Shown here: positions 31,188-43,591 of the stretch, piece after piece
How the letters are laid out: each line of letters starts with the position of its first letter
How positions within the stretch are numbered: position 1 is the first letter of the stretch
Source: an uncultured cyanobacterium
GTDB taxonomy: Bacteria > Cyanobacteriota > Cyanobacteriia > PCC-6307 > Cyanobiaceae
DNA: 64,000 nucleotides
Reading direction: 5' to 3'
Assembly: GCA_963765575.1 (NCBI GenBank)
Contig: CAVXWZ010000011.1
Span: 224,001 to 288,000 of the forward strand
Translations under genes and position numbers: made by a program
Notes under the pieces: generated by a model
What the model was told of the DNA's origin: nothing
The model's input: only the letters and a program-made list of their open reading frames with translations
The model's database searches: none

Positions 31188-31276
31188 CGGAGAGGGAGGG
31201 ATTCGAACCCTCGACAGAAGTTGCCTCCTGTAACTCCTTAGCAGGGAGCCGCTTTCAACCACTCAGCCACCTCTCC
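31188..31276 (-). tRNA. trnS: tRNA-Ser (GCT)
   Basis: Reverse complement GGAGAGGTGGCTGAGTGG...CTGCTAA anticodon loop, long variable arm, GGTTCGAATCC. Confidence 0.97.
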
Positions 31277-31294
31277 AGGGGCCCATTGAGCCTA

Positions 31295-32464
31295 TCAGCG
31301 CACCGCCTGGATGCCGCCAGAGGCCAGGCGGGGCAGCCGGTGCTTGAAGCCGCAGAGGATCTCCCAGGGAATGGTGCCGCAGCGCTCGCTCCACTCCGCC
31401 GGCGTGATCTCCTGGTCGCCATCGCGGCCGAGCAGGGTCACCGCCGCCCCCACCTCCAGGGCCGGGCAATCGGTGACATCCACCACCAGCTGATCCATCG
31501 TGATCGCCCCCACCTGGGGCAGCCGCTGGCCGTGGGCGAGCACATCGAGCTGGTTGGAGAGCAGGCGCGGTACCCCGTCGGCATAGCCGATCGCCAGCAC
31601 GGCCAGCCGGCTCGGCCGCTGGGTGTGAAAGCGGTGGCCGTAGCTCACCCCCACCCCGGCAGCCACCTCCCGGATGAGGGTCACGCGGGCATGCAGACGC
31701 ATCGCCGGCTGCAGGTTCAGTACGCCGCTCAGATGGGCGGCTGGCGGGTGCCCGTAGAGGGCCAGTCCGACCCGCACCAGGTCGTAGTGCAGGCGTGCGT
31801 TGCTCAAGGTGCCGGCGGAGTTGGCCAGGTGGCAGCAGCCCGGGTCGAGGCCCTGCTGCCGCAGGCGCGTGAGCACCGCCTCGAAGCGCTGGTGCTGCTC
31901 TCGGGTGAGGCCGCCGTCGCTGCCGGGGGGCAGATCGGCGCTGGCGAGATGGGAGTAGACGCCAGCCAGGTGCACGTCATCGAGCCCCGCGACCGCCGCC
32001 ACCAGCTGCGCCCCCTGCTGCCAGTCCACGCCGATGCGGGTCATGCCCGTGTCCAGCTTGATCTGCAGCTCCATCGAGCGCCCCTGGCCGCTGGCCAGCT
32101 GCTGGCAGAGCAGGGCCTCCCGCATGCCGCTGATGGTGGGCATCAGGCGCCACTGCAGGCAGCAGCGCAGCTCCTCCCCATGGCAGAGGCTGCCGAGCAC
32201 GAGCATCGGCGCCTCAATGCCGGCACGGCGCAGCTCGATGCCCTCGGCCAGGGTGGCCACCCCCAGGCTGCTGGCCCCGCCGGCCAGCGCTGCACGGGCC
32301 ACGGTGAGGGCGCCATGGCCATAGCCATCGGCCTTGACCACGGCCATCAGCTCGCTGGCACCGAGATGGCGGCGCAGGGTCGCGGCGTTGGCCTCGATCG
32401 CCGCCGCGTTCACCTCCACCCAGGCCCGCTGGCGCTCCAGCCCGATGGCCTCCTGGGCCTGCAT
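31295..32464 (-). CDS. alr: Alanine racemase (start may be GTG 32512)
   Basis: MAVVKADGYGHG, KLDTGMTRIG, GYADG, MDQ. Confidence 0.96.
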   Translation of the reverse strand: MQAQEAIGLERQRAWVEVNAAAIEANAATLRRHLGASELMAVVKADGYGHGALTVARAALAGGASSLGVATLAEGIELRRAGIEAPMLVLGSLCHGEELRCCLQWRLMPTISGMREALLCQQLASGQGRSMELQIKLDTGMTRIGVDWQQGAQLVAAVAGLDDVHLAGVYSHLASADLPPGSDGGLTREQHQRFEAVLTRLRQQGLDPGCCHLANSAGTLSNARLHYDLVRVGLALYGHPPAAHLSGVLNLQPAMRLHARVTLIREVAAGVGVSYGHRFHTQRPSRLAVLAIGYADGVPRLLSNQLDVLAHGQRLPQVGAITMDQLVVDVTDCPALEVGAAVTLLGRDGDQEITPAEWSERCGTIPWEILCGFKHRLPRLASGGIQAVR

Positions 32465-32578
32465 CGATGGGCTGCTGGCATCCAGCCGGCCTGGCTTGGT
32501 GGCCTGGGTCACGGAGTGACTACGGGATACCACCTAGCATCGCGCCCAACTGCCGTTCTGGCGTGGACCGGTGCTGAG

Positions 32579-33124
32579 ATGGGCCATGTTCTCGTACTGA
32601 ATGCGTCCTACGAACCCCTGAACATCACCAGTTGGCGGCGCGCCATGGTGATGTTGCTGAAGGGCAAGGCCGAGGGTCTTGAACACGATCCGGCCCGGGT
32701 GATCCGTGCCGACCTGCTGCTGCCCACGGTGATCCGCCTGCGCCAGTTCGTGCGCGTGCCCTACAAGCCGCTGCCGCTGACGCGGCGCAACCTCTTCCAG
32801 CGGGATGGGCATCGCTGCCAGTACTGCGGCTACGGCGGCGACCGCCTCTCGATCGACCACATCCTTCCCCGCAGCCGCGGCGGCACTGACAACTGGGAGA
32901 ACGTGACCACCGCCTGCCTGCCCTGCAATGTGCGCAAGGGCAACCGCACCCCCCGGGAGGCCGGCATGGCCCTGGCGCGCCAGCCCCACAGGCCCCTCAG
33001 TGGCCCGGGCTTTGAGGCCACCCGTCTGGTGCGTTCCGGTCTGCATCGCGAGTGGGCGAAGTATGTGATCGGCCTGGAGGTGGTGGATGGCGACCCTGCG
33101 GCCCCTGGCCAGCTGGCGGCCTAG
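32579..33124 (+). CDS. HNH endonuclease (McrA-like, stand-alone)
   Basis: VLVLNASYEPL, RD..RCQYCG, IDHILPRSRGG...WENVTTAC..CN..KG. Confidence 0.92.
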   Translation: MGHVLVLNASYEPLNITSWRRAMVMLLKGKAEGLEHDPARVIRADLLLPTVIRLRQFVRVPYKPLPLTRRNLFQRDGHRCQYCGYGGDRLSIDHILPRSRGGTDNWENVTTACLPCNVRKGNRTPREAGMALARQPHRPLSGPGFEATRLVRSGLHREWAKYVIGLEVVDGDPAAPGQLAA

Positions 33125-33138
33125 GCGGCCGGCGGCGC

Positions 33139-34248
<1,110 letters not shown>

Positions 34249-34306
34249 GCTGGCAGGGGCAACTGGCGCCGCTCAGAGTGCTGGCTCGCTGTCGTTCGGG
34301 GTCGAC

Positions 34307-34582
34307 TCAGGCTTCGGGCTGAGTGGCTGCGGGCTCGCTCTTGGAGGACTTGTCCTCCTCGGAGGAGGAACTGGCACCCGCCATGCCGTACTTGCGCATG
34401 AAACGATCCACACGCCCCTCGGTGTCGAGAATCTTCTGGGTGCCCGTGTAGAAGGGGTGGTTGCCACTCCACACGTCGACGCTGATCTCGGGTTGGGTGG
34501 AGCCGGTGGTCATCACCACCTCTCCATTGCAGATCACCTTGGCATCGGGATACCAGGTGGGATGGATATCGGCCTTGGGCAT
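34307..34582 (-). CDS. rpmE: 50S ribosomal protein L31
   Basis: MPKADIHP, VWSGNHPFYTG. Confidence 0.97.
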   Translation of the reverse strand: MPKADIHPTWYPDAKVICNGEVVMTTGSTQPEISVDVWSGNHPFYTGTQKILDTEGRVDRFMRKYGMAGASSSSEEDKSSKSEPAATQPEA

Positions 34583-34584
34583 GG

Positions 34585-34986
34585 TCAGCGCTTGGAGAAC
34601 TGGGGAGCTTTGCGGGCTTTCTTGAGGCCGTATTTGCGACGTTCCTTGGCGCGGGGGTCGCGGCTGAGATGGCCCTCGGTCTTGAGGGGCCTGCGGTTCT
34701 CGGGGGAGAGATCGCACAGGGCCCGGGCGGCGCCCTGCTTGATGGCGTCGGCCTGACCGGTGAGGCCCCCGCCGCGCACGTTCACCAGCAGGTCGTACTG
34801 GCCTTCCAGGCCGAGGGTCTGCAGGGGCGCCTTCACGGCCGCCAGGTAGACGGGGTTGTAGTTGAGGTAGTTGTCACCGGGGCGACCGTTGATGGTCACC
34901 GAACCACTGCCCGGTACCACCCGCACACGGGCGACGGCGGTCTTGCGGCGGCCGGTGCCCCAGTAGACGACTTTGGAGGAGCTCAT
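34585..34986 (-). CDS. rpsI: 30S ribosomal protein S9
   Basis: [17 protein letters not shown]. Confidence 0.99.
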   Translation of the reverse strand: MSSSKVVYWGTGRRKTAVARVRVVPGSGSVTINGRPGDNYLNYNPVYLAAVKAPLQTLGLEGQYDLLVNVRGGGLTGQADAIKQGAARALCDLSPENRRPLKTEGHLSRDPRAKERRKYGLKKARKAPQFSKR

Positions 34987-35435
34987 TGGGCAGCAGTGGC
35001 GGGATCGAGGGCAAGGACCAGGGGATTCTGGGCGGCGTGGGGATGGTCGCTGCCCTTGTAGACCTTCAGCTTGCGGAACAGCTGGCGGCCCAGGGCGTTG
35101 TGGGGCAGCATTCCCTTGATGGCCTTCTCCACGATGCGCTCGGGAATCCGGGCCTGGAGGTGGGCGAAGCTTTCGGTCTTCATGCCGCCGGGACGTCCGG
35201 AGTGGCGCCGGTAGAGCTTCTGGGTGGGCTTGTTGCCGCTCACCCGGATGCGGTCGGCGTTGATCACGACGACAAAGTCACCGGTGTCGAGGTGGGGGGT
35301 GTAGCAGGGCTTGGTCTTGCCCCGCAGCACGGAGGCCACCTCGCTGGCCAGACGGCCAAGGGTCTGATCCGCCGCGTCCACCAGGTACCACTGGCGGTCG
35401 ATCGAATCGGGGGAAGGCAGGGGAGTCTTGTTCAT
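34983..35435 (-). CDS. rplM: 50S ribosomal protein L13
   Basis: [21 protein letters not shown]. Confidence 0.99.
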   Translation of the reverse strand: MNKTPLPSPDSIDRQWYLVDAADQTLGRLASEVASVLRGKTKPCYTPHLDTGDFVVVINADRIRVSGNKPTQKLYRRHSGRPGGMKTESFAHLQARIPERIVEKAIKGMLPHNALGRQLFRKLKVYKGSDHPHAAQNPLVLALDPATAAQ

Positions 35436-35542
35436 TGCGCCTGGTGGGGCACCGGCAGGCCGAAGGGGTCTGGGCTGACGGTTGGAGAGGCCGACGGCAG
35501 GCAGCCAGCTGGCTGGACTGCAACGTCAGCGATCCGCTTAAC

Positions 35543-36397
35543 CTACCGCTTGGCCTGTGGAGGGGCCGGCGGTGGATCGCAGAGATCCAGTTGATACCGC
35601 GGCTGGCAATCGTACCAGGCGGTCCTTGGGAAGATGGGCTGTGGATAGCCCACCCGCAGCAGGCACAACCCCTGGGGTGGTGCGGCCTCTTTCACCGCCG
35701 CCCGCTGGCCAAGGCGCCAGCGCCGTTCGAATTCGGCCGCGCTCAGTCGCCCCTCCCCCAGGGCCACCAACTGGCCCATCAGCAGCCGCACCATGCCGTA
35801 GAGGAAGCCACTGGCCTGCAGCTCCACGCCGATCAGATCGCCCTGGCGCTCCACCCGAGCATCCTGAAGGCAAGTGCGGCTGTGGCTGCGGCGACTGCCG
35901 GCCCGCCGGAAGGCGGCGAAGTCATGCTCGCCCAGCATCGCCGCCAGGGCCTCGGCCATGGCGGCTTCAGCGATCGGCAGCTGGTAGCGGTGCCAGCTCC
36001 AGGGCTGCAAGAACAGATTCGGGCGGCGCCCGTTGTAGAGGGTGTAGCGGTAGCGGCGGTAGCTGGCCGAGAAGCAGGCATGCCAGCTGGGGGCCACCTC
36101 TGCGGCAGCGCGCACCCGCACCGTGGGCGGCAAGCGGCCGTTGAGGGCCTTGGGCCAGCGCTCGCACGGGATCGGTCCAGCGCAATCGAAATGCACCACC
36201 TGGGCGGCGGCATGGACGCCGGTATCGGTGCGACCCGCGGCCACGCACTGCCCCGTCCCGCCGGGATCGAGGGCCTGCAGGGCGCTTTCGAGGGTGGCCT
36301 GGACGCTGCAGGCATTGCGCTGACGCTGCCAGCCGTGGAAGGCGCTGCCGTCGTACTGCAGGCAGAGGGCGATGCGACGCAGCTCAGACTCTGGCAT
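35543..36397 (-). CDS. truA: tRNA pseudouridine(38-40) synthase
   Basis: [27 protein letters not shown]. Confidence 0.96.
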   Translation of the reverse strand: MPESELRRIALCLQYDGSAFHGWQRQRNACSVQATLESALQALDPGGTGQCVAAGRTDTGVHAAAQVVHFDCAGPIPCERWPKALNGRLPPTVRVRAAAEVAPSWHACFSASYRRYRYTLYNGRRPNLFLQPWSWHRYQLPIAEAAMAEALAAMLGEHDFAAFRRAGSRRSHSRTCLQDARVERQGDLIGVELQASGFLYGMVRLLMGQLVALGEGRLSAAEFERRWRLGQRAAVKEAAPPQGLCLLRVGYPQPIFPRTAWYDCQPRYQLDLCDPPPAPPQAKR

Positions 36398-36451
36398 CCG
36401 TGCCCCTGCCCAGTGGCTGTCCGGCTGGTGTGGCAGCCGCTGGGCGCGGCC

Positions 36452-36802
36452 TCAGACCAGTTCGATGATCGCCATCTGGGCGTTGTCGCCGCGGCGCGGC
36501 ACCGTGCGCAGGATGCGGGTGTACCCGCCGTTGCGGTCGCCGTAGCGCTCCTGGGCCTTGTCGAACAGGGCGTGCACGAGCTGTTTGTCGTAGATGTAGC
36601 CGATGGCGCGGCGGCGGGCGGCAAGGCTGCCGTCCTTGGCCAGGGTGATCATGCGCTCGGCATCCTCACGCAGGGCCTTGGCCCGCGCCTTGGTGGTGGT
36701 GACGCGGCCTTCGCGGATCAGCTGGGTGGTGAGTCCACGCAGCATCGCCTTGCGTTGGTCGGCGGGGCGTCCCAGCTGGGGGACTCGGCATTGGTGTCGC
36801 AT
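36452..36802 (-). CDS. rplQ: 50S ribosomal protein L17
   Basis: [24 protein letters not shown]. Confidence 0.99.
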   Translation of the reverse strand: MRHQCRVPQLGRPADQRKAMLRGLTTQLIREGRVTTTKARAKALREDAERMITLAKDGSLAARRRAIGYIYDKQLVHALFDKAQERYGDRNGGYTRILRTVPRRGDNAQMAIIELV

Positions 36803-36837
36803 GGTGCTTGGGTCGGGAGGTGGTCGAAGGCCGCCAA

Positions 36838-37776
36838 TCAGGCGCTGGTGCGGCTCTGGGGCAGGGTGATGCCGATGCGCTCGAGCGCTTCGATCACCTC
36901 GTCAGCCGACTTGGAGCCGAAGTTTTTGATCTCCAGCAGATCTTCGTAGCTGAAGCCCATCAGGTCACTCACCGAGTTGACCTGGGCGCGCTTGAGGCAG
37001 TTGTAGGCGCGCACCGAGAGATTCAATTCCTCCAGGGGAATCTGGGCTTCGGCGGAGGGTTCGGGTTCCTGGCCGGGCTCCTCCTCAGCGGTGAGGCTGG
37101 CCAGGGGCTGGAAGAGGGCGATGAGCTGGTTGGCCGCCTGGGCCATGGCGTCATCGGGGGTGATGCTGCCGTCGGTCTCGATTTCGAGGCGCAGTCGCTC
37201 GCGCGCTGAGCCCCCCTCGCCCACGGCGGTTTCATCCACCGTGTAGTTGACCCGCTTGACGGGCTTGAACACGGCATCGATCTGCAGCAGGTCGATGGCG
37301 CTGGTGTCCTCGCTGTGGCGGTCCACGGGCCTGTAGCCCACACCGCGCTCCACGTGCAGTTCCAGCTCCAGGCTGTGGCCGTCGGCCACGGTGGCGATCA
37401 GGCGAGAGGGGTCGATCACCTGCACCTGGGAGGAGAACTGCAGATCACCGGCGGTCACCGTGGCTGGACCGTTGGCAACCAGGCGGCCGATCTCCAGCTC
37501 GCGGGTGCGGCTGCTGACGGGGATCTGCTTGCAGTTCAGCAGGATGTCGAGCACGTCCTCGCGCACGCCGGGCACGGTGGCGTACTCGTGGTTGACGCCG
37601 GCAATGCGCACGGCGGTGATGGCGCTGCCTTCCAGGGCACCGATCAGTACCCGGCGCAGGGAATTGCCGAGGGTGGTGGCCTGACCGCGGTCCAGGGGAC
37701 CGATCAGGAACACCCCGGTCTGCGAGCGGTCTTCATCGACCTCATGCTCGATCCGGTCAATTTGGTAATGCAGCAC
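36838..37776 (-). CDS. rpoA: RNA polymerase alpha subunit
   Basis: [28 protein letters not shown]. Confidence 0.99.
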   Translation of the reverse strand: MLHYQIDRIEHEVDEDRSQTGVFLIGPLDRGQATTLGNSLRRVLIGALEGSAITAVRIAGVNHEYATVPGVREDVLDILLNCKQIPVSSRTRELEIGRLVANGPATVTAGDLQFSSQVQVIDPSRLIATVADGHSLELELHVERGVGYRPVDRHSEDTSAIDLLQIDAVFKPVKRVNYTVDETAVGEGGSARERLRLEIETDGSITPDDAMAQAANQLIALFQPLASLTAEEEPGQEPEPSAEAQIPLEELNLSVRAYNCLKRAQVNSVSDLMGFSYEDLLEIKNFGSKSADEVIEALERIGITLPQSRTSA

Positions 37777-37829
37777 GGTCTGAAGGCTCGGAGGGTTGGT
37801 GGGCTTCCCGGTGATCGGGGACGGGAGGC

Positions 37830-38222
37830 TCAGACGCGACGTCGCTTGGCCCGGCGGCAGCCGTTGTGCGGCAGCGGTGTGACGTCGCGGATCAGGGTGA
37901 TTTCAAGGCCGGCCACCTGCAGGGCCCGGATGGCGGTTTCCCTGCCGGAACCAGGGCCGCGCACGAGCACTTCGATCTGACGCATGCCCTGATCAAGCGC
38001 CCGGCGCCCGGCGGCCTCGGCGGCGGTCTGGGCGGCGAAGGGGGTGCCTTTGCGGGCGCCCTTGAAGCCGCTGGCACCGGCCGAACTCCAGGCGATCACC
38101 TCACCGGCGGTGTCGGTGATCGACACGATGGTGTTGTTGAAGGTGCTCTGGATATGGGCCACGCCGTTGGGGACGTTGCGCTTGGCCTTCTTCGGACCGG
38201 ATTTCTGGGGAGGCTTGGCCAT
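37830..38222 (-). CDS. rpsK: 30S ribosomal protein S11
   Basis: [18 protein letters not shown]. Confidence 0.99.
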   Translation of the reverse strand: MAKPPQKSGPKKAKRNVPNGVAHIQSTFNNTIVSITDTAGEVIAWSSAGASGFKGARKGTPFAAQTAAEAAGRRALDQGMRQIEVLVRGPGSGRETAIRALQVAGLEITLIRDVTPLPHNGCRRAKRRRV

Positions 38223-38444
38223 GGGTGGAACCTGCTGGAGCAGGAGAGGTGATCAGAGGAAAAACGGGGCTCTGGTGACGGCGCTGGGGTGATCGGGTGA
38301 GCCGGTTCCGGTTGGCCAACCCCCGCGAGGCCACCGCCATGGGTGTGGCCTGCAGGAGGGGGAAGGGGCGGGGAGACGGCAGATCGGAGAGCGACCGGCA
38401 GGGCCCTGGGGGGAGAAGATCCGCAGGGGGTAGGCGCTGGGGAC

Positions 38445-38810
38445 TTACTTCTTCTTGCCCGCCACGGTCTTGCGGGCGCCGCGCCGGGTCCGGGCATTGG
38501 TGCGAGTGCGCTGACCGCGCACCGGCAGGCCCACGCGATGGCGACGACCACGGAGGCAGCCGATGTCCTGCAGGCGCTTGAGGGCCATGCCCTCCTGGCG
38601 CCGCAGGTCGCCTTCGAGGGTGTAGGTCTCAGCGGCGCCGCGCAGCTTCTGCACATCCCCGTCGCTGAGGTCCTTCACCCGGATGTCGGGGCTCACGCCC
38701 GACTTGGCGAGAATCTTCTGGGCACGGGTGAGACCGATGCCATACACATAGGTGAGGGCAATCTCAATCCGCTTGTCGCGGGGAATATCGACGCCGGCAA
38801 TCCGAGCCAC
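38445..38810 (-). CDS. rpsM: 30S ribosomal protein S13
   Basis: GTG start, [24 protein letters not shown]. Confidence 0.99.
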   Translation of the reverse strand: MARIAGVDIPRDKRIEIALTYVYGIGLTRAQKILAKSGVSPDIRVKDLSDGDVQKLRGAAETYTLEGDLRRQEGMALKRLQDIGCLRGRRHRVGLPVRGQRTRTNARTRRGARKTVAGKKK

Positions 38811-38889
38811 GGGCAAACGAGTGAAGGGCAGAAGGAAGCCCACCGGAAGGGGGGCTGGGGAGGCCGTCAGGGGCCATGGGCGAGGGCGG

Positions 38890-39003
38890 TCAGCCCTGGC
38901 GCTGCTTGTGCTTGGGGTTGGTGCAGATGACCATCACCCGGCCGTGGCGACGAATCACCCGGCACTTGGCGCACATTTTCTTGACTGAGGCACGCACCTT
39001 CAT
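38890..39003 (-). CDS. rpmJ: 50S ribosomal protein L36 (below ORF-track cutoff)
   Basis: Manual translation [37 protein letters not shown]. Confidence 0.98.
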   Translation of the reverse strand: MKVRASVKKMCAKCRVIRRHGRVMVICTNPKHKQRQG

Positions 39004-39072
39004 GGGCGGTGTGCTCTCCGATTTGCAAACCGAAAACCTATCACGGCAGTCAACGGCCCGCCCCAGTGCCGG

Positions 39073-39627
39073 TCAGCCCAGCAGGGCTGTGATGCGTGCG
39101 CCGATCTGCTCCACCGTGCCGTCGGCCTCGACTGGCTTCAGCAGCCCACGGGCGCTGTAGTAGTCGATCAGGGGGGCGGTCTGCTCGCGGTAGACCTCCA
39201 GCCGGTGACGGATCACCGCCTCGTTGTCATCGGAGCGCCCCCGGGTCAGCAGGCGCTGGATCAGCACCCCATCGTCGAGCTCCAGCAGCACCACCAGGTC
39301 GATCGGCTGGTCCAGCTCCTGGAGCAGCTCCGCCAGGGCCTCGGCCTGCGGCAGGTTGCGGGGGAAGCCATCCAGCAACCAGCCGCTGCTCTCGGGCTGC
39401 CCCTCCAGGCGGTGGCGCACGATCGCCAGCACCAGCGCATCGCTCACCAGTTCCCCCCGGGCCATCACCGCTGCGGCCTCCTGGCCAAGGGCGCTGCCGG
39501 CAGCCACCTCGGCCCGCAGCAGGTCGCCGGTGGAGAGGTGCAAGAGGTCACGGTCGCGGGCCAGCAGCTGGGCCTGGGTGCCCTTGCCGACGCCCGGGGG
39601 GCCGAGGAACAGGAGACGGTGCTTCAT
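39073..39627 (-). CDS. adk: Adenylate kinase
   Basis: GPPGVGKGTQ, HLSTGDLLR, LDGFPR. Confidence 0.97.
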   Translation of the reverse strand: MKHRLLFLGPPGVGKGTQAQLLARDRDLLHLSTGDLLRAEVAAGSALGQEAAAVMARGELVSDALVLAIVRHRLEGQPESSGWLLDGFPRNLPQAEALAELLQELDQPIDLVVLLELDDGVLIQRLLTRGRSDDNEAVIRHRLEVYREQTAPLIDYYSARGLLKPVEADGTVEQIGARITALLG

Positions 39628-39703
39628 CGTGACGGGAGCAGGGGGGACAGGTGCTGCAGGCTGGAGATGTGGGGGGGGCGGTCGGCCGGATCGCTGGGCC
39701 CGA

Positions 39704-41023
39704 TCACTGGCGCACCATGCCCTCATAGCGCTGGGAAATCACATAGGTCTGGACCTGCTTGGCGGTGTCGATCGCCACGCCCACCAGGATCAGCAGGGAG
39801 GTGGCCCCCAGGCCCTGGAAGGTGCGCACCTGGGTGGCACCCTCCACCGCCGAGGGGATGATCGCCACGGCCCCCAGGAACAGACCGCCCAGCAGGGTGA
39901 GGCGGTTTTGCACGCCACTGAGATAGGTAGCGGTGGCGGAGCCGGGCCGCACCCCGGGGATGGCGACACCGCCGCGCTTGAGGTTGGTGGCGATGTCGAC
40001 CGGGTTGACCGTGAGCGAGGCGTAGAAGAAGGAAAACCCGCAGATCAGGGCGAAGAAGAGCAGCGCATAGAGCCAGGGGGTGCTGCTGTTGGGGTTGAGA
40101 TAGCCCGCCAGCTGGATCAGCCAGGGGGCGCCGGTGAGGTTGGCGATGGTCAGGGGCAGGAACACCACGGCCGAGGCAAAGATGATCGGCATCACGCCGC
40201 CGGCGTTGAGCTTCAGGGGCAGGTAGCTCTGGCGTGCGGCCAGCACCCCGGCACCGCCCACCTGGCGCTTGGCGCTCACGATCGGCAGGCGACGGTTGCC
40301 TTCCTGCACGAAGATGATGCCCACGATCGTGACCAGGAACACCAGCACCAACACCACGATGCCGCCCACGGTGCTGCGATCACCGCTCTGGGCCAGCTCG
40401 ATCGTGGAGCCCAGAGCCCTTGGCAGGGTGGCCACGATGTTCACAAAGATCACCAGGGAGGCGCCCTGGCCGATGCCCCGCTCGGTGATCACCTCACTGA
40501 TCCACATCACCACCATCGAACCGGTGACCAGGGCCAGGGCGGTCTGGATCACGAAGACCGGCTCTGACAGCCCCTGGGTGGCGTACTGGCGCAGGATCAG
40601 GGCGAAGACGATGCTCTGCAGGATGCCCCAGCCCAGGGCCACATAGCGGGTGATCTGGGCGATCTTGCGCCGTCCCGCCTCGCCCTCGTTTTTCTGCAGG
40701 TCCTCCAGCTGGGGGATGGCGGCCGTGAGCAGCTGGATGATGATCGAGGCGTTGATGAACGGCAGGATGCCGAGGGCGAACACGCCCAGAGTCGAGAGGC
40801 CTCCTCCGGTGAAGATGTCGAGGAAGCCGATCAGCTGGCCGCCGCGGGCCAGAAACTCCTGAAAGGCGACCCGGTCGATGCCGGGCACCGGGATGTAGAT
40901 GCCCAGGCGAACCAGCAGCAGCAGGCCGAGGGTCGTGAGCACCCGGTCGCGCAGGCCCTTGGACTGAATCAGCTGGCTGACGATTTCGCCGGCACTGGGA
41001 TTGCGTCCCCGACTGACGAGCAT
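39704..41023 (-). CDS. secY: Preprotein translocase SecY
   Basis: ALGILPFINASII, GIGQGASL, GVMPIIFA, IPGVRPG. Confidence 0.99.
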   Translation of the reverse strand: MLVSRGRNPSAGEIVSQLIQSKGLRDRVLTTLGLLLLVRLGIYIPVPGIDRVAFQEFLARGGQLIGFLDIFTGGGLSTLGVFALGILPFINASIIIQLLTAAIPQLEDLQKNEGEAGRRKIAQITRYVALGWGILQSIVFALILRQYATQGLSEPVFVIQTALALVTGSMVVMWISEVITERGIGQGASLVIFVNIVATLPRALGSTIELAQSGDRSTVGGIVVLVLVFLVTIVGIIFVQEGNRRLPIVSAKRQVGGAGVLAARQSYLPLKLNAGGVMPIIFASAVVFLPLTIANLTGAPWLIQLAGYLNPNSSTPWLYALLFFALICGFSFFYASLTVNPVDIATNLKRGGVAIPGVRPGSATATYLSGVQNRLTLLGGLFLGAVAIIPSAVEGATQVRTFQGLGATSLLILVGVAIDTAKQVQTYVISQRYEGMVRQ

Positions 41024-41086
41024 GGTGACTGGGGCGTGAGGGAAGGGAGGGCTCAGACCCTAGGGCGGCAGCTGGGCGGCGCCGGA

Positions 41087-41536
41087 TCAGATCACTTCGC
41101 AGCTGCCGCCGGCGGCCTCGATCTTGCTGCGGGCGCTGGCGGTGAAGGCTGCGGCCTGCACCGTGAGCTTCACCGTCAGTTCGCCGTCGCCGAGCACCTT
41201 GAGGGGATACTTGGGGCTGGTGACGATCCCGGCCTTGACGAGGGAATCGAGATTCACCGCGCTTCCGGCTGGACAGTCGGCCAGCTTGGCCACATTCAGC
41301 ACCGTGTAGTGCTTGGGGTTGACCAGCTCGAAGTGCTTGAGCTTGGGGATGCGGCGGTAGAGGGGCATCTGGCCGCCTTCAAAACCCGGTCGGGTGGGAC
41401 GGCCGGAGCGGGACTTCTGGCCCCGCATGCCGAAGCCGCAGCTCGCCCCCTGGCCAGCGGCGATGCCGCGGCCCTTGCGCAGCTTGCGGCGCCGGGCGCC
41501 GGGATTGGCTTTCAGGGACTGGAGATTCATGCTCAT
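41087..41536 (-). CDS. rplO: 50S ribosomal protein L15
   Basis: [12 protein letters not shown]. Confidence 0.99.
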   Translation of the reverse strand: MSMNLQSLKANPGARRRKLRKGRGIAAGQGASCGFGMRGQKSRSGRPTRPGFEGGQMPLYRRIPKLKHFELVNPKHYTVLNVAKLADCPAGSAVNLDSLVKAGIVTSPKYPLKVLGDGELTVKLTVQAAAFTASARSKIEAAGGSCEVI

Positions 41537-41545
41537 GGCGAGGCC

Positions 41546-42202
41546 TCAGGAGTAGATCTGCTCTAAGGAGATGCCCCGCTCCTTGGCGGTCTCCTTGTGG
41601 GTGCGCAGCGTGGCCAGGGCATCCATGGCCGCGCGGGCGTTGTTGAGGGGGGTCTTGGAACCTAGACGCTTGGCGAGCACGTTTTTGATGCCCGCCAGTT
41701 CCAGCACCGTGCGGATCGAGCCGCCGGCAATCACCCCGGTGCCCGGGGCGGCGGGGCGGATCAGCACGCTGGCGGCGCCGTCGCGACCATTGCTGAGGGT
41801 GGGAATGGAGCTGTGACGGGTGAGGGGCACCTTGACCAGATGCTTCTTGCCATCGGCTACGCCCTTGCGCACGGCGCCGATCACATCCCCCGCCTTGCCG
41901 ACGCCAACGCCCACCTGGCCCTTTTCGTTGCCGACGACGACGATGGCCCGGAAGCTCATCTTCTTGCCGCCCTTGACGGTCTTGGAGACGCGGCGGATCT
42001 GCACCACCCGCTCCTGCCATTCGGAATCACGCTCCTGGCCGCGGCGGCCATCGCGGCCACGGCCGCCACCCCGGCGGTCACCGCCCCGGCCGCCGCCGCC
42101 GCCGCCGCTGCTGCGACGTTCCTGCTGGCCTTCGGCGGCCGGGGGAACATCGGCGGCCGAAGGCACGGCGCTGGTCTGAACTTGGTCTTTGGTTTCGGTC
42201 AT
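41546..42202 (-). CDS. rpsE: 30S ribosomal protein S5
   Basis: [18 protein letters not shown]; Gly/Arg-rich N-terminal extension. Confidence 0.99.
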   Translation of the reverse strand: MTETKDQVQTSAVPSAADVPPAAEGQQERRSSGGGGGGRGGDRRGGGRGRDGRRGQERDSEWQERVVQIRRVSKTVKGGKKMSFRAIVVVGNEKGQVGVGVGKAGDVIGAVRKGVADGKKHLVKVPLTRHSSIPTLSNGRDGAASVLIRPAAPGTGVIAGGSIRTVLELAGIKNVLAKRLGSKTPLNNARAAMDALATLRTHKETAKERGISLEQIYS

Positions 42203-42216
42203 GGTGAGAGCAGGGA

Positions 42217-42582
42217 TCAGAACTGAAGGCCCGCTTCCCGGGCGGCATCAGCCAGGGCCTTGACCCGGCCGTGGTACAGGTTGCCGCCGCGATCGAAGAC
42301 CACCTGGGAAATGCCCTTGGCGATGGCGCGCTGGGCGACCAGCTGACCGACGGCCACCGAGGCATCACAGGTGGCCTTGGTCTGGAGGCTGGAGCGCAGG
42401 TCCTTGTCGACGGTGGAGGCCGAGCACAGGGTGCTCTGGGCGTCGTCGTCGATCACCTGGGCGTAGATGTGGTTGTTGGAGCGGAACACCGCCAGCCGCG
42501 GCCGCGCGGCGGTGCCGCCCAGGTGGCGACGCAGCCGGCGATGCCGTTTCTGGGTCTGCAGCTTGCGAGAAAGGGAAGACAT
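42217..42582 (-). CDS. rplR: 50S ribosomal protein L18
   Basis: [20 protein letters not shown]. Confidence 0.99.
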   Translation of the reverse strand: MSSLSRKLQTQKRHRRLRRHLGGTAARPRLAVFRSNNHIYAQVIDDDAQSTLCSASTVDKDLRSSLQTKATCDASVAVGQLVAQRAIAKGISQVVFDRGGNLYHGRVKALADAAREAGLQF

Positions 42583-42614
42583 GGGAATACAGAGTAAAGG
42601 CGCTCAGACAGACC

Positions 42615-43154
42615 TCATTTCTTGCCGGTCTTGCCGGCCTTGCGCAGGATGCGTTCGCCCTCGTACTTGATGCCCTTGCCCTTGTAGGGCTCGGGGGGAC
42701 GAATTGCCCGCACCTTGGCGGCCTCGTTGCCCACCAGCTCCTTGTTGGCGCCGGAGACCACCACGGTGGTGTTGCCCTCCACCGCGAAACTGATGCCATC
42801 GGGGGGGGTGACCTCCACCGGGTGGCTGTAGCCGGCGCTGACCACCAGGGTTTTGCCCTGAACGGAGGCTCGGTAGCCCACGCCGGTGATCTCGAGCTTG
42901 CGGCTGAAACCCTGGCTCACCCCTTCCACCATGTTGGCGACGAGGGTGCGGCAGAGGCCGTGGCGCTCGCGGCAGCGGCGGCTTGCGCCCGCCGGTGCCA
43001 CCAGCAAGGTGTCGCCCTCCTGGCTGATGGTGACTCCATCGGGCAGGGTGCGGCTGAGTTCCCCCTTGGGGCCCTTCACGGTGACGTCAAGGCCGTTGAG
43101 GCTGACGCTCACCTTGCTGGGGATGGGGATGGGTACTTTTCCGATACGTGACAT
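42615..43154 (-). CDS. rplF: 50S ribosomal protein L6
   Basis: [15 protein letters not shown]. Confidence 0.99.
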   Translation of the reverse strand: MSRIGKVPIPIPSKVSVSLNGLDVTVKGPKGELSRTLPDGVTISQEGDTLLVAPAGASRRCRERHGLCRTLVANMVEGVSQGFSRKLEITGVGYRASVQGKTLVVSAGYSHPVEVTPPDGISFAVEGNTTVVVSGANKELVGNEAAKVRAIRPPEPYKGKGIKYEGERILRKAGKTGKK

Positions 43155-43169
43155 AGATCGATCTCCTGA

Positions 43170-43571
43170 TCAGTAGACGTAGCAGAGCACTTCACCGCCC
43201 ACGCCCTGCTTGCGGGCGTCGCGGTCGCTCATCACTCCCTTGGAGGTGGAGATGATGGCCACGCCGAGGCCGCCCAGCACCTTCGGCAGCTGGCGGGTGT
43301 TCTTGTAGATGCGCAGGCCAGGCTTGCTGACGCGCTGCACCGAGCGGATGGTGGGCTGGCGGTGCTTGCCGCTGTACTTGAGTTCCACCACGATCTGGCG
43401 CTGGACGCCTTCCCCCTCCTCGCTGATGGCAGCGATGAAGCCTTCCTGCTGCAGCACATTGGCGATGCTGCGGAGCAGGCGGGAAGCTGGAATCTTGGTG
43501 GTCTCGTGTTTCTTCTCACTCGCATTGCGGATGCGGGTGAGCATGTCGGAAATTGGGTCGTGGTTGGCCAT
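43170..43571 (-). CDS. rpsH: 30S ribosomal protein S8
   Basis: [25 protein letters not shown]. Confidence 0.99.
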   Translation of the reverse strand: MANHDPISDMLTRIRNASEKKHETTKIPASRLLRSIANVLQQEGFIAAISEEGEGVQRQIVVELKYSGKHRQPTIRSVQRVSKPGLRIYKNTRQLPKVLGGLGVAIISTSKGVMSDRDARKQGVGGEVLCYVY

Positions 43572-43591
43572 GGGTCAGGTCCGAAGAGGGC

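Noticed and set aside
31286..33124. 612-aa ORF suggesting a large HNH fusion effector
   Set aside because: The first ~430 aa are antisense to alr; the HNH protein starts at ATG 32579
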